A model generated the notes under the pieces. The model made no database searches. It was not told the DNA's origin and saw only the letters and a program-made list of their open reading frames with translations. Positions 39,481 through 47,468 of a stretch of 64,000 nucleotides of DNA are shown here, one piece after another. The stretch comes from Candidatus Spongiisociaceae bacterium (GTDB taxonomy: Bacteria; Actinomycetota; Acidimicrobiia; Spongiisociales; Spongiisociaceae). The position numbers were made by a program, and so were the translations under genes. The DNA lies in the NCBI GenBank assembly GCA_965219685.1, contig CBDCOH010000002.1:3808001-3872000 (forward strand), in the 5' to 3' direction. How positions within the stretch are numbered: position 1 is the first letter of the stretch; each line of letters opens with the position of its first letter.

Positions 39481-40587
39481 ATGAGCAATCGGTTCATCGT
39501 CTGGTTCAACGACTACCGGCCCGATGACAGGCCCAGGATCGGAGGAAAGAACGCCGGCCTGGGTGAGATGATCAACGCCGACCTGCCGGTCCCTCCGGGG
39601 TTCGCAGTCACCACCGACGGGTTCGAGACCATCAGGAACCATCCGCGGGCTGTGGATGAGGTCCGGGCTCTCCTAGCGACGGTCGACTTCGCGGATCCGC
39701 CCGGAATCCGGGCACTGTCCGGGAGGATCCGGTCGGTGATCGAGGCCCTGCCCATGGCGGCCGAGGTGGAGCAATCGATCCGTGCGGCCTACACGCAACT
39801 GAGCGGTCGCTGCAACCAGGACGACGTACCCGTGGCAGTCCGGTCCAGCGCCACCGCCGAGGATCTGCCGGACGCCAGCTTTGCCGGGCAGCAGGACACC
39901 TTCCTGTGGATAAGGGGCGCCGAAAGCCTCATCGAGCACGTCAAGCGGTGCTGGTCCTCTCTCTTCACCGACCGGGCCATGTCGTACCGCCACGAGATGG
40001 GACACGACCACGAGGTGGTGTCGATGTCGGTGGCGGTGCAACAGATGGTGGATCCCAAGTCGGCGGGAGTGGCCTTCACGCTCGATCCGGCCACGGGTGA
40101 CCGATCCCAGGTCGCCATCGAGTCGTCCTGGGGGTTGGGCGAAGCGGTCGTGTCGGGGGAGGTCACACCCGACAACTTCCTGGTTGACAAGGTGATCCTC
40201 GAGATCCACTCGCGCACTATCTCACCCAAGCACACCGAATTGGTGATGCGTGCGGACGGTAACGGCGTGGAGTGGCGTGACGTGGCTACGTCGCGCCAGC
40301 AGAGCCCGTCGGTCAGCGACGCCGAACTGCTCGAGATCACCCGGATGGCCAAGACCGCCGAGCGTTACTTCGGCGCTCCCCAGGACATCGAGTGGGCCGT
40401 GGACCGCCACCTGCCGGAGGGCGGCAACGTCGTGATGCTCCAGAGCAGGCCCGAGACGGTGTGGAGCCGCAAGGCTCCCCGCCAGGTGTCCGAGCCCACT
40501 TCCGGGTTCATGGACAGCATCGTGTCGACCCTGCTCTCCCCGGTACACACGCGGGGTTCCGTGTCCGCCGACGACGGGGAGGCATGA
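39481..40587 (+). CDS. PEP-synthase-like ATP-binding subunit (phenylphosphate synthase beta / CreI-like)
   Basis: GGKNAGLGEM, PVPPGF, VAVRSSATAEDLPDASFAGQQDT, WGLGEAVVSGEVTPD, QDIEW and QSRPET; no pyruvate-binding barrel. Confidence 0.88.
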   Translation: MSNRFIVWFNDYRPDDRPRIGGKNAGLGEMINADLPVPPGFAVTTDGFETIRNHPRAVDEVRALLATVDFADPPGIRALSGRIRSVIEALPMAAEVEQSIRAAYTQLSGRCNQDDVPVAVRSSATAEDLPDASFAGQQDTFLWIRGAESLIEHVKRCWSSLFTDRAMSYRHEMGHDHEVVSMSVAVQQMVDPKSAGVAFTLDPATGDRSQVAIESSWGLGEAVVSGEVTPDNFLVDKVILEIHSRTISPKHTELVMRADGNGVEWRDVATSRQQSPSVSDAELLEITRMAKTAERYFGAPQDIEWAVDRHLPEGGNVVMLQSRPETVWSRKAPRQVSEPTSGFMDSIVSTLLSPVHTRGSVSADDGEA

Positions 40588-40668
40588 CAGGACCGGAACA
40601 GGGCGGAGTCGGAGACAGTCAGCATCCAGAAACAGGCAAGCAGCCAGATCGAAAAAGGAGACCCACAA

Positions 40669-42453
40669 ATGGCCACACGCTTCCCCAGCCCGTTCGAGGC
40701 GGAGACCCCACCCGGCGCCGAAGGATGGGAGGATCTCTACACGTATTCCCTCCCGTTCTCCGAGGATCGACGGGACTACGAGGAGGCCACCTTCTGGTTC
40801 CAGGACAGCATCCATTGGGCGGAGCCTCTCACGCCTTGGGACGCCACCTGGTACGAGTACGCGATCGCGGCGCTGTCCCAGTACAACACGCGTCACTATC
40901 TGATCCCGCCTGCGCTGGGGATCGACTACCGGGTGCTGAACGGCTACGCATACCTGACCCCGGTTCCCGTTCTCGACGGCGCCGAGATCGAAGCCCGCGT
41001 TCCGCAGTTCATGGAACGGGCCGGCTTCTACTTCATGAACTGGGGCGATCTCTACGACAAGTGGCTCGTCAAGATGAAGGACCTCATCGCGGAGATGGAA
41101 GCCATCAGCTTCTCGCCCCTGCCCGAGAAGGAGGACCTGGAGGTAATCACCGAAGGTCATGGAACCGGTTCCGGTCTCACGATCCAGGAGGAGTACCGGG
41201 GGCTCCTGAACCTCGGCCTGAAGCTCTGGCACTACCACTTCGAGTTCCTCAACCTGGGCTACGCCGCGTACCTCGACTACTTCGGATTCTGCAAGCAGGC
41301 ATTCCCCAACATCCCCGACCTGGCCATCGCGCGGATGGTGGCCGGAGTCGAGGTGGACCTGTTCCGGCCCGACGAGGAGTTGAAGATACTGGCCGCAATC
41401 GTGGTGGACAACGGCTTGGAGGACCAGCTGGCTGAGGGCTTGGACGCGCTCGAGGGCACACCCTTCATGGACCACTGGAACTCCGTGAAGCACCCCTGGT
41501 TCAATTACTCCGCGGGCAACGGCTTCTACCACAGCGACAAGGTCTGGATCGAGCATCCGGAGATCCCGCTTGGCTTCGTGGCCGGGTACGTGGACCGCAT
41601 CAAGGTCGGCGAGGACATCGCCCGGCCGATCGAGAGGATCCGGGCCGAGCGCGACCGGATCGTGGAGGAGTACACGGCCCTGCTGTCCTCGGACGAGGAC
41701 CGCGAGGCCTTCCAGGGCAAGCTGGGCCTGGCCAGGGTGGTCTTCCCCTACGTGGAGAACCACAACTTCTACGTGGAGCACTGGAGCCACTCGGTGATGT
41801 TCCGCAAGATGAAGGAGCTGGGCGACGTGTTCGTGAAGGAGGGGTTCCTGGCCTCCCGCGAGGACGTCTTCTACCTGAAGCGCGACGAGGTGAACGAGGC
41901 TCTCTGGGACATGTACTCTGCCTGGGCGGTGGGCACCGGCCCCCGCGGTCCGGTCTACTGGCCGAGAGAGGTGGCGCGGCGCAAAGGAGTCGTCGATGCC
42001 CTCCGGCAGTGGTCGCCGCCGCCGGCTCTGGGCGAACCGCCCGAGGTGGTCACCGAGCCGTTCACGATCATGCTCTGGGGTATCACGTCCGAGAGCATCG
42101 GGATGTGGCTGGGTGCAGGCGACGACGCCGACGGCGGCCTGCGCGGTTTCGCGGCCTCTCCGGGAGTGGCGGAAGGCCCGGCCCGGGTCATCATGTCGGC
42201 CGACGACATCGGCCAGCTGGAGGAAGGGGAGATCCTGGTGGCGCCTATCACCGCGCCGAGTTGGGCCCCCGCCTTCGGCACTATCGGCGCCGCGGTGACC
42301 GACATCGGAGGGATGATGTCCCACGCGGCCATCGTGTGCCGGGAGTACGGTCTGCCGGCCGTCACCGGGACCGCCTTCGGCACCAGGGACATCGAGACCG
42401 GAACCATGCTGCGGGTGGACGGAAGCTCCGGCACGGTGACCGTTATCGCCTGA
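40669..42453 (+). CDS. PEP-utilising phospho-His subunit (phenylphosphate synthase alpha / CreH-like)
   Basis: Large N-terminal substrate domain plus a C-terminal swivel domain GGMMSHAAIVCREYGLPAVTGT. Confidence 0.88.
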   Translation: MATRFPSPFEAETPPGAEGWEDLYTYSLPFSEDRRDYEEATFWFQDSIHWAEPLTPWDATWYEYAIAALSQYNTRHYLIPPALGIDYRVLNGYAYLTPVPVLDGAEIEARVPQFMERAGFYFMNWGDLYDKWLVKMKDLIAEMEAISFSPLPEKEDLEVITEGHGTGSGLTIQEEYRGLLNLGLKLWHYHFEFLNLGYAAYLDYFGFCKQAFPNIPDLAIARMVAGVEVDLFRPDEELKILAAIVVDNGLEDQLAEGLDALEGTPFMDHWNSVKHPWFNYSAGNGFYHSDKVWIEHPEIPLGFVAGYVDRIKVGEDIARPIERIRAERDRIVEEYTALLSSDEDREAFQGKLGLARVVFPYVENHNFYVEHWSHSVMFRKMKELGDVFVKEGFLASREDVFYLKRDEVNEALWDMYSAWAVGTGPRGPVYWPREVARRKGVVDALRQWSPPPALGEPPEVVTEPFTIMLWGITSESIGMWLGAGDDADGGLRGFAASPGVAEGPARVIMSADDIGQLEEGEILVAPITAPSWAPAFGTIGAAVTDIGGMMSHAAIVCREYGLPAVTGTAFGTRDIETGTMLRVDGSSGTVTVIA

Positions 42454-42516
42454 TCGATCGGGTCGAGGCAGCAGGGACGAGGCGTACGCGGACGAGGACA
42501 CAGAAGGAGGCAGCAA

Positions 42517-43827
42517 ATGCTTTCCAAGGAGCAGAACGAGCGGCTGACCCGGGTAGGTCCGGGTACGCCGATGGGCGAGCTACTGCGCCGCTACTGGTAC
42601 CCGGTCGCTTTCGTCCGGGAACTGGACGAGTGGCCCATCCGCAAGGTACGGCTGCTCGGTGAGGACTTCGCCCTCTGGAAGACCCCGCAGGGCGGGTACG
42701 GCATCGTCCAGGAGGCGTGCCCGCACCGGGCGGCTTCGCTGATCTACGGCGTGGTGGAGGAGGACGGTCTCCGGTGCGGATACCACGGGTGGAAGTTCGA
42801 CTGCTCCGGCAACTGCATCGAGCAGCCGGCCGAGCCCGGGAAGACCGCCTTCATGCGCCATGTCAAGGCCTTCGCGGGCAAGGCAGAGGCCCTCGGCGGC
42901 ATGGTATGGGCCTACATCGGTCCCGACCCGGCCCCCGAATTGCCCCGCTTCGACGTGTTCGTGGATCCCGGCTTCATAGACGTGGGCCACTCCATGCTGC
43001 CGTGCAACTGGCTCCAGATAATGGAGAACTCGGTCGATCCCCACCATGTCGAATGGTTGCACGGCCGCTACTTCGAGTTCCTCGGGGCGCAGCAAGGCTT
43101 CGTGGCGCCCAAATCCTTCCAGAAGAAGCACCTGAAGGTCGGGTTCGACGCCATGGAGTGGGGCATCCTCAAGCGACGGGTCCTGGAGGGCCACACCGAG
43201 GAGGACGACGACTGGGCGGTGGGCCACCCGCTGGTGTTCCCCCATTCGATGCGAGTAGGCGGTGCAGGTATCGACCAGATGCAGATCAGGGTCCCGATCG
43301 ACGACACGACCACCTGGGCGATGTTCTACTCGAACCACCATCCCGAAGGCCTCGACACCTACCCGGAGCAGATCTACCCCGTCGACTACGAGTACCAGTG
43401 GATAGACGACAAGGGCCGCCACATCGTCGACTACATCGAGGGCCAGGATGTGATGGCGTGGGTGAGCCAGGGCAGGATCGCCGACCGGACCTCCGAACAC
43501 ATCGGTAAGTCGGATATCGGGGTCATCATGATCAGGCGCATGTTCAAGGCCCAGATCGCCCGGGTGGAAGCGGGCAAGGATCCGACCGTCGCCTTCACCC
43601 GGGTCCCCCAGGAGCGGATCGAGCTTCCGTGCGAGAAGAAGAAGTTCGGCGCCGGCATCGATTTCGCCCTCGCCTGGTTGGACATGGGCTCGACCCGGTA
43701 CTCGCCGGCCCTCGACACCTTGCGCAAGATCCACCTCGAAGCGGCCAGGGCGAGGGGTGAGGTTCCGAGCTCGGACGAGTACGCGGTGAGGCAGCCATTC
43801 GACGCGGGCACGCCTCGGACCATGTGA
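42517..43827 (+). CDS. Rieske non-heme iron aromatic oxygenase alpha subunit (phthalate 4,5-dioxygenase/LigX-like subfamily)
   Basis: LTRVGPGTPMGELLRRYW, CPH...CGYHGW, and mononuclear Fe ligands ENSVDPHHVEWLH. Confidence 0.9.
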   Translation: MLSKEQNERLTRVGPGTPMGELLRRYWYPVAFVRELDEWPIRKVRLLGEDFALWKTPQGGYGIVQEACPHRAASLIYGVVEEDGLRCGYHGWKFDCSGNCIEQPAEPGKTAFMRHVKAFAGKAEALGGMVWAYIGPDPAPELPRFDVFVDPGFIDVGHSMLPCNWLQIMENSVDPHHVEWLHGRYFEFLGAQQGFVAPKSFQKKHLKVGFDAMEWGILKRRVLEGHTEEDDDWAVGHPLVFPHSMRVGGAGIDQMQIRVPIDDTTTWAMFYSNHHPEGLDTYPEQIYPVDYEYQWIDDKGRHIVDYIEGQDVMAWVSQGRIADRTSEHIGKSDIGVIMIRRMFKAQIARVEAGKDPTVAFTRVPQERIELPCEKKKFGAGIDFALAWLDMGSTRYSPALDTLRKIHLEAARARGEVPSSDEYAVRQPFDAGTPRTM

Positions 43828-43831
43828 CCCG

Positions 43832-44068
43832 ATGACCGAGCCGCGTGTCTCCGGGACTCACTGGTGGGACCCAGACCGGGTCGCCCACCTGGCGGACATG
43901 CCCCGGTTCTGCCCCAACTGCGGGGGCGCCGTGACGGGCGCGGAAGGAATCTCGGTCGAGTACTGGGAGTCCGACCGGAGGGTCTACCACACCTGGTGCA
44001 ACGCCTGCGGCTGGGCCGGCAACATAGTGCGAATCCAACGCATGGTGGGCCACGAGCCCGAAGACTGA
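43832..44068 (+). CDS. Small Zn-ribbon-like protein
   Basis: CPNC...CNAC; starts 4 nt after the oxygenase stop. Confidence 0.7.
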   Translation: MTEPRVSGTHWWDPDRVAHLADMPRFCPNCGGAVTGAEGISVEYWESDRRVYHTWCNACGWAGNIVRIQRMVGHEPED

Positions 44069-44110
44069 GGGCGGTTCAGGTGCCTGTGATCCTGTTACCC
44101 GCGGGTTGAT

Positions 44111-44385
44111 CTACTGTTCGACGATCTCAGGCATGTCGAGCAGATGCTCAGGTGTCGTGAGGGAGTAGGTGCGGCCGTCCGTGGCGATCACGACATCGAG
44201 AAGTGCCGTCGGACGTTCGGACCAGCCCTTACCGTCGATGACGGCGCAGGGCAGCAGGCCGCGAGCCTTGGCCGCTTCAGCCGCGTTCTTGATACGGGCT
44301 GCCTTATCACGCGCGGTCCCGCCGTTCTCCGCCACCTTCGACTCGATGAGGGTCGGATAGGGAACTCCTCTCGCGGCGACCTCGA
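44111..44385 (-). pseudogene. C-terminal remnant of a restriction endonuclease-like (PD-(D/E)xK) protein
   Basis: LIESKVAENGGTARDKAARI...AVIDGKGW; no N-terminus, and it abuts an IS remnant. Confidence 0.55.
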
Positions 44386-44405
44386 CCGATTGCCAGCCTT
44401 CCAAC

Positions 44406-44690
44406 GTGTCCCGCCATCATGGGGTGGGGTGGCATCGGATCATGGGCCTGGTGAGGGCTGAGTCGGCTCGGGTGGCGAAGCGTCGCCGGGCACAGCCGTG
44501 CCGGGTGTTGTTGGTGGCCGAAACGTCGATCAGGCACCGGTATGTGACCGTGGTGGCCTGTGGCGACACCGGCAAGGTTCTGGCGATGATCCCAGGCTGC
44601 ACCAAAGCGTCCCTGAGCAGGTTCTTCAGAGACCGGGGACCGGGCTGGTGCCGGAAGGAGCATGATCGTCGTCTCCGACGGATCATGCTC
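44406..44690 (+). mobile_element. ISL3-family transposase remnant
   Basis: GVGWHRIM...RVLLV(A)ETSIRHRYVTVV..DTGKVLAM...SLSRFF matches the ISL3 region; the catalytic D is lost and the ORF is truncated. Confidence 0.7.
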
Positions 44691-44819
44691 ATATCAGGCA
44701 GCCATGGGTGTTCACTACTGTGGTAGCCATCGACGTGGGCTTAGCCAGACCAGGCTAAGAGCTCTTACGACCCGAGGGGGGCGGGATCGGTATAGTCTCG
44801 GCAGGTCGGAGGGAGTGGT

Positions 44820-45836
44820 ATGCGCAGGATGCGGATGAACCAGGCGGTGGCGACCGCGCTGGCGGACGAGATGCACGCCGATTCCGATGTCGTGATGTTC
44901 GGCGAGGACATAGCGGTGGCCGAGGGGCCGTTCAAGACCTCGGCAGGCCTTCTCAAGACCTTCGGGCCGCTGCGGGTACGGGACACGCCGATCTCCGAGA
45001 TGGGCTTCCTGGGAGCGGCCGTGGGCGCCGCTGCCACCGGACTCCGTCCGGTGGCCGAGATCATGTTCATCGAGTTCATCGGGGTTGCGCTCGACCAACT
45101 GGTCACCGAGGCGGCCAAGTTCCATTACCTCTCGCGCGGGACCGTCACCGTGCCGCTGACCGTGCGGGGTTCGATCGGGGCGGGCCTCGGATTCGGGTGC
45201 CAGCACTCCCAGACGCTGGAGAGCTGGATGTACAGCACGCCGGGCGTGAAGCTGGCGGTGGCCTCCGGGGCGCACAACGCCTACGGACTGCTTCGAGGGG
45301 CGATCCGCGACGATAACCCGGTCGTGTTCCTGGAGCCTCGTGCCCTCTATGCGAAGCGGGCTCCGGTAGCGACCGGTGACGACGCCATCATCCCCTTGGG
45401 ACGGGCTGCCAAACCCAGGGAAGGATCCGATGTCACGATGGTGGCCCTTGGCGCCATGGTCTCCGCCGCTCTCCAAGCGGCTGAAGGCGCACCCTGGTCG
45501 GCAGAGGTCATCGATCTGCAGACCCTGGTCCCCTACGACAAGGAGGCTCTCCTGGAGTCGGTCGCCAAGACGGGGCGGCTGGTCACCGTCGAGGAGAATC
45601 CGCTGACCGGTGGTTGGGGAGGTGAGATCACCGCCTTCGTCACGAGCGAGCTGTTCGGAGAGTTGAGAGCGCCGCCCATCCGGATCACCTGCCCGGACGT
45701 ACACGTTCCGTTCGGCAGGGAGTTGGAGCAGCGTTACCTGCCGGCGCCCGGCTACATAGCCTCCCAGGTGAGCCAACTGCTCGAGACCGGGCGACGCCCG
45801 GCTCACTGGTGGGAGACAGAGGGGGTTGCACCATGA
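44820..45836 (+). CDS. 2-oxoacid/acetoin dehydrogenase E1 beta subunit
   Basis: FGEDI, RVRDTPISE, GLRPVAEIMF, QHSQ and DNPVVFLE motifs. Confidence 0.92.
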   Translation: MRRMRMNQAVATALADEMHADSDVVMFGEDIAVAEGPFKTSAGLLKTFGPLRVRDTPISEMGFLGAAVGAAATGLRPVAEIMFIEFIGVALDQLVTEAAKFHYLSRGTVTVPLTVRGSIGAGLGFGCQHSQTLESWMYSTPGVKLAVASGAHNAYGLLRGAIRDDNPVVFLEPRALYAKRAPVATGDDAIIPLGRAAKPREGSDVTMVALGAMVSAALQAAEGAPWSAEVIDLQTLVPYDKEALLESVAKTGRLVTVEENPLTGGWGGEITAFVTSELFGELRAPPIRITCPDVHVPFGRELEQRYLPAPGYIASQVSQLLETGRRPAHWWETEGVAP

Positions 45837-46834
45837 CCGAAGCGTTGACACCACTCGAGCGCCGCCTCAGGCTCCAGTCGGGTCGGAAGGCGCGCTACGA
45901 GACCATGTGCCGGATCCGCGCCTTCGAGACCAGGGTGCAGGCCATGTTCTTCGAGGGTTTGGTGCACGGCACCACCCACACCTGCCAGGGTCAGGAGGCG
46001 GTCGCGGTCGGGATCGCGTCGGTCGCCCGGCCCACCGACACGGTGACCTGCACCTACCGGGGCCACGGCCACGCCCTCGCGCTGGGCATGTCTCCGGTAA
46101 CGGTCATGGGCGAGATCATGGGACGGAGGGTCGGCGCGGTCGGCGGCGTGGGCGGTTCCATGCACCTGTGCGACACGTCCATCGGCCTGCTCCCGACGTT
46201 CGCCATAGTCGGCGCAGGCATCCCGGTGGCGGCCGGTGCGGCGCTGACCGCCCAGGTGCGGGGGACCGACGACGCGGCGATCGGGATCTTCGGGGACGGC
46301 GCCTCCAACATCGGCGCCTTCCACGAGGGGCTCAACCTGGCGGCGATCTGGAAGCTGCCGGTGGTGTTCATCTGCGAGAACAACCAGTACGGCGAGTACA
46401 CCGCCATCCACCTGACCACACCGGTCGAGAATATCGCCGACCGGGCGGTGTCCTACGGCATCCCGGGCCACGTGGTCGACGGCCAGGACGTGGACGTGGT
46501 GGCAGCCGCGGTCGGGAGCGCGCTGGAAAGGGCGCGAGCCGGCGAAGGGCCCACGCTGCTCGAGATGAAGACCTACCGCTACGCAGGCCACTCCCGGGCC
46601 GATACCGCTCCGTACAGGCCCGAGGGAGAGTTGGACCGCTGGTACGAGCGCGATCCGATCAACACGTATCGGGCCCGTCTCATAGAAGAAGGAGAACTCA
46701 CCGCCGAGGAGGCGGACGAGATGGAGGCCCGGGCTGCCCGCCTCGTGGTTGAGACCGAGGCGGCCGCCACAGCCAGCGACCCGGCGACGGTGAGCGACAT
46801 GTTCCGCCACATCTACGCGCCTTCCAGCGGTTAG
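45833..46834 (+). CDS. 2-oxoacid/acetoin dehydrogenase E1 alpha subunit
   Basis: GQEA, YRGHG, GGSMH, TPP motif GDGA...ENNQY, and YRYAGHS. Confidence 0.92.
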   Translation: MTEALTPLERRLRLQSGRKARYETMCRIRAFETRVQAMFFEGLVHGTTHTCQGQEAVAVGIASVARPTDTVTCTYRGHGHALALGMSPVTVMGEIMGRRVGAVGGVGGSMHLCDTSIGLLPTFAIVGAGIPVAAGAALTAQVRGTDDAAIGIFGDGASNIGAFHEGLNLAAIWKLPVVFICENNQYGEYTAIHLTTPVENIADRAVSYGIPGHVVDGQDVDVVAAAVGSALERARAGEGPTLLEMKTYRYAGHSRADTAPYRPEGELDRWYERDPINTYRARLIEEGELTAEEADEMEARAARLVVETEAAATASDPATVSDMFRHIYAPSSG

Positions 46835-47094
46835 TGAGTGCCTATGTCAAGTCGGTCGGTTGCGTATCGCGCCGGTCTGATCGTCTCCGTTCGGTCACTC
46901 TGATCCCTAGAGTCAGTCCCGTTGCGCCCGGCACGCCGTCCGCGATCCCGAAGGGTGCTGTGGACGTGATGCTGCGCCCTGGTGTCATCACCCAGGATCC
47001 ACAACGGCGGGATGGGGGCATGTATGTCCGGCAACGGTCACTGGTAGATTGCACGTGAGCGTCCAGGGAGATCGAAATCCGTAGCAGCGTCAAG

Positions 47095-47313
47095 ATGCCG
47101 AAGCTTGGAGAGACCGTCGACGAGGTCCTGGTACTTGAGTGGGCCGTCGCGGTCGGAGATGTGGTGTCGGAGGGTGACACCCTGATGACAGTGGAAACCG
47201 ACAAGGTCGAAGCCGATCTTCCAGCTCCGGTATCCGGCACGGTCATGGAGTTGCTGGTCGAGATCGACGACGAGGTACGGGTCGGAACCCCGGTCTGCAC
47301 CATCGAGACCTGA
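47095..47313 (+). CDS. Stand-alone lipoyl/biotinyl domain protein
   Basis: MPKLGETV...VETDKV...APVSG; 72 aa. Confidence 0.85.
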   Translation: MPKLGETVDEVLVLEWAVAVGDVVSEGDTLMTVETDKVEADLPAPVSGTVMELLVEIDDEVRVGTPVCTIET

Positions 47314-47439
47314 GGTGACGGCCTTAGCAGGCCGACTTCCGTCGAATTGACGACCCTGCCGGAATCTTGGTCGGCGTAGCTCGCGAGTCGCACGGGGGAT
47401 GGCGGTTCCAGACAAGCCATTGATCGTCCCGGACAAAGT

Positions 47440-47461
47440 TGTCACACCCGGCCTATACGGT
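47440..47461 (+). promoter_or_regulatory. RecA-NDp/PafBC-like promoter TGTCAC-N10-TACGGT, probably leaderless
   Basis: Spacing matches TGTCGG-N10-TANNNT; the in-frame ATG 47469 is 7 nt downstream. Confidence 0.55.
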
Positions 47462-47468
47462 TCTCCAT

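Noticed and set aside
39481-42453. Calling the pair a frameshifted PEP synthase or a rifampicin phosphotransferase
   Set aside because: These are two separate genes, each with its own RBS, and there is no pyruvate-binding barrel. The aromatic context fits PpsAB/CreHI-like enzymes.
46834-47058. Small ORF between E1 alpha and the lipoyl domain
   Set aside because: No RBS, motif or convincing codon pattern.
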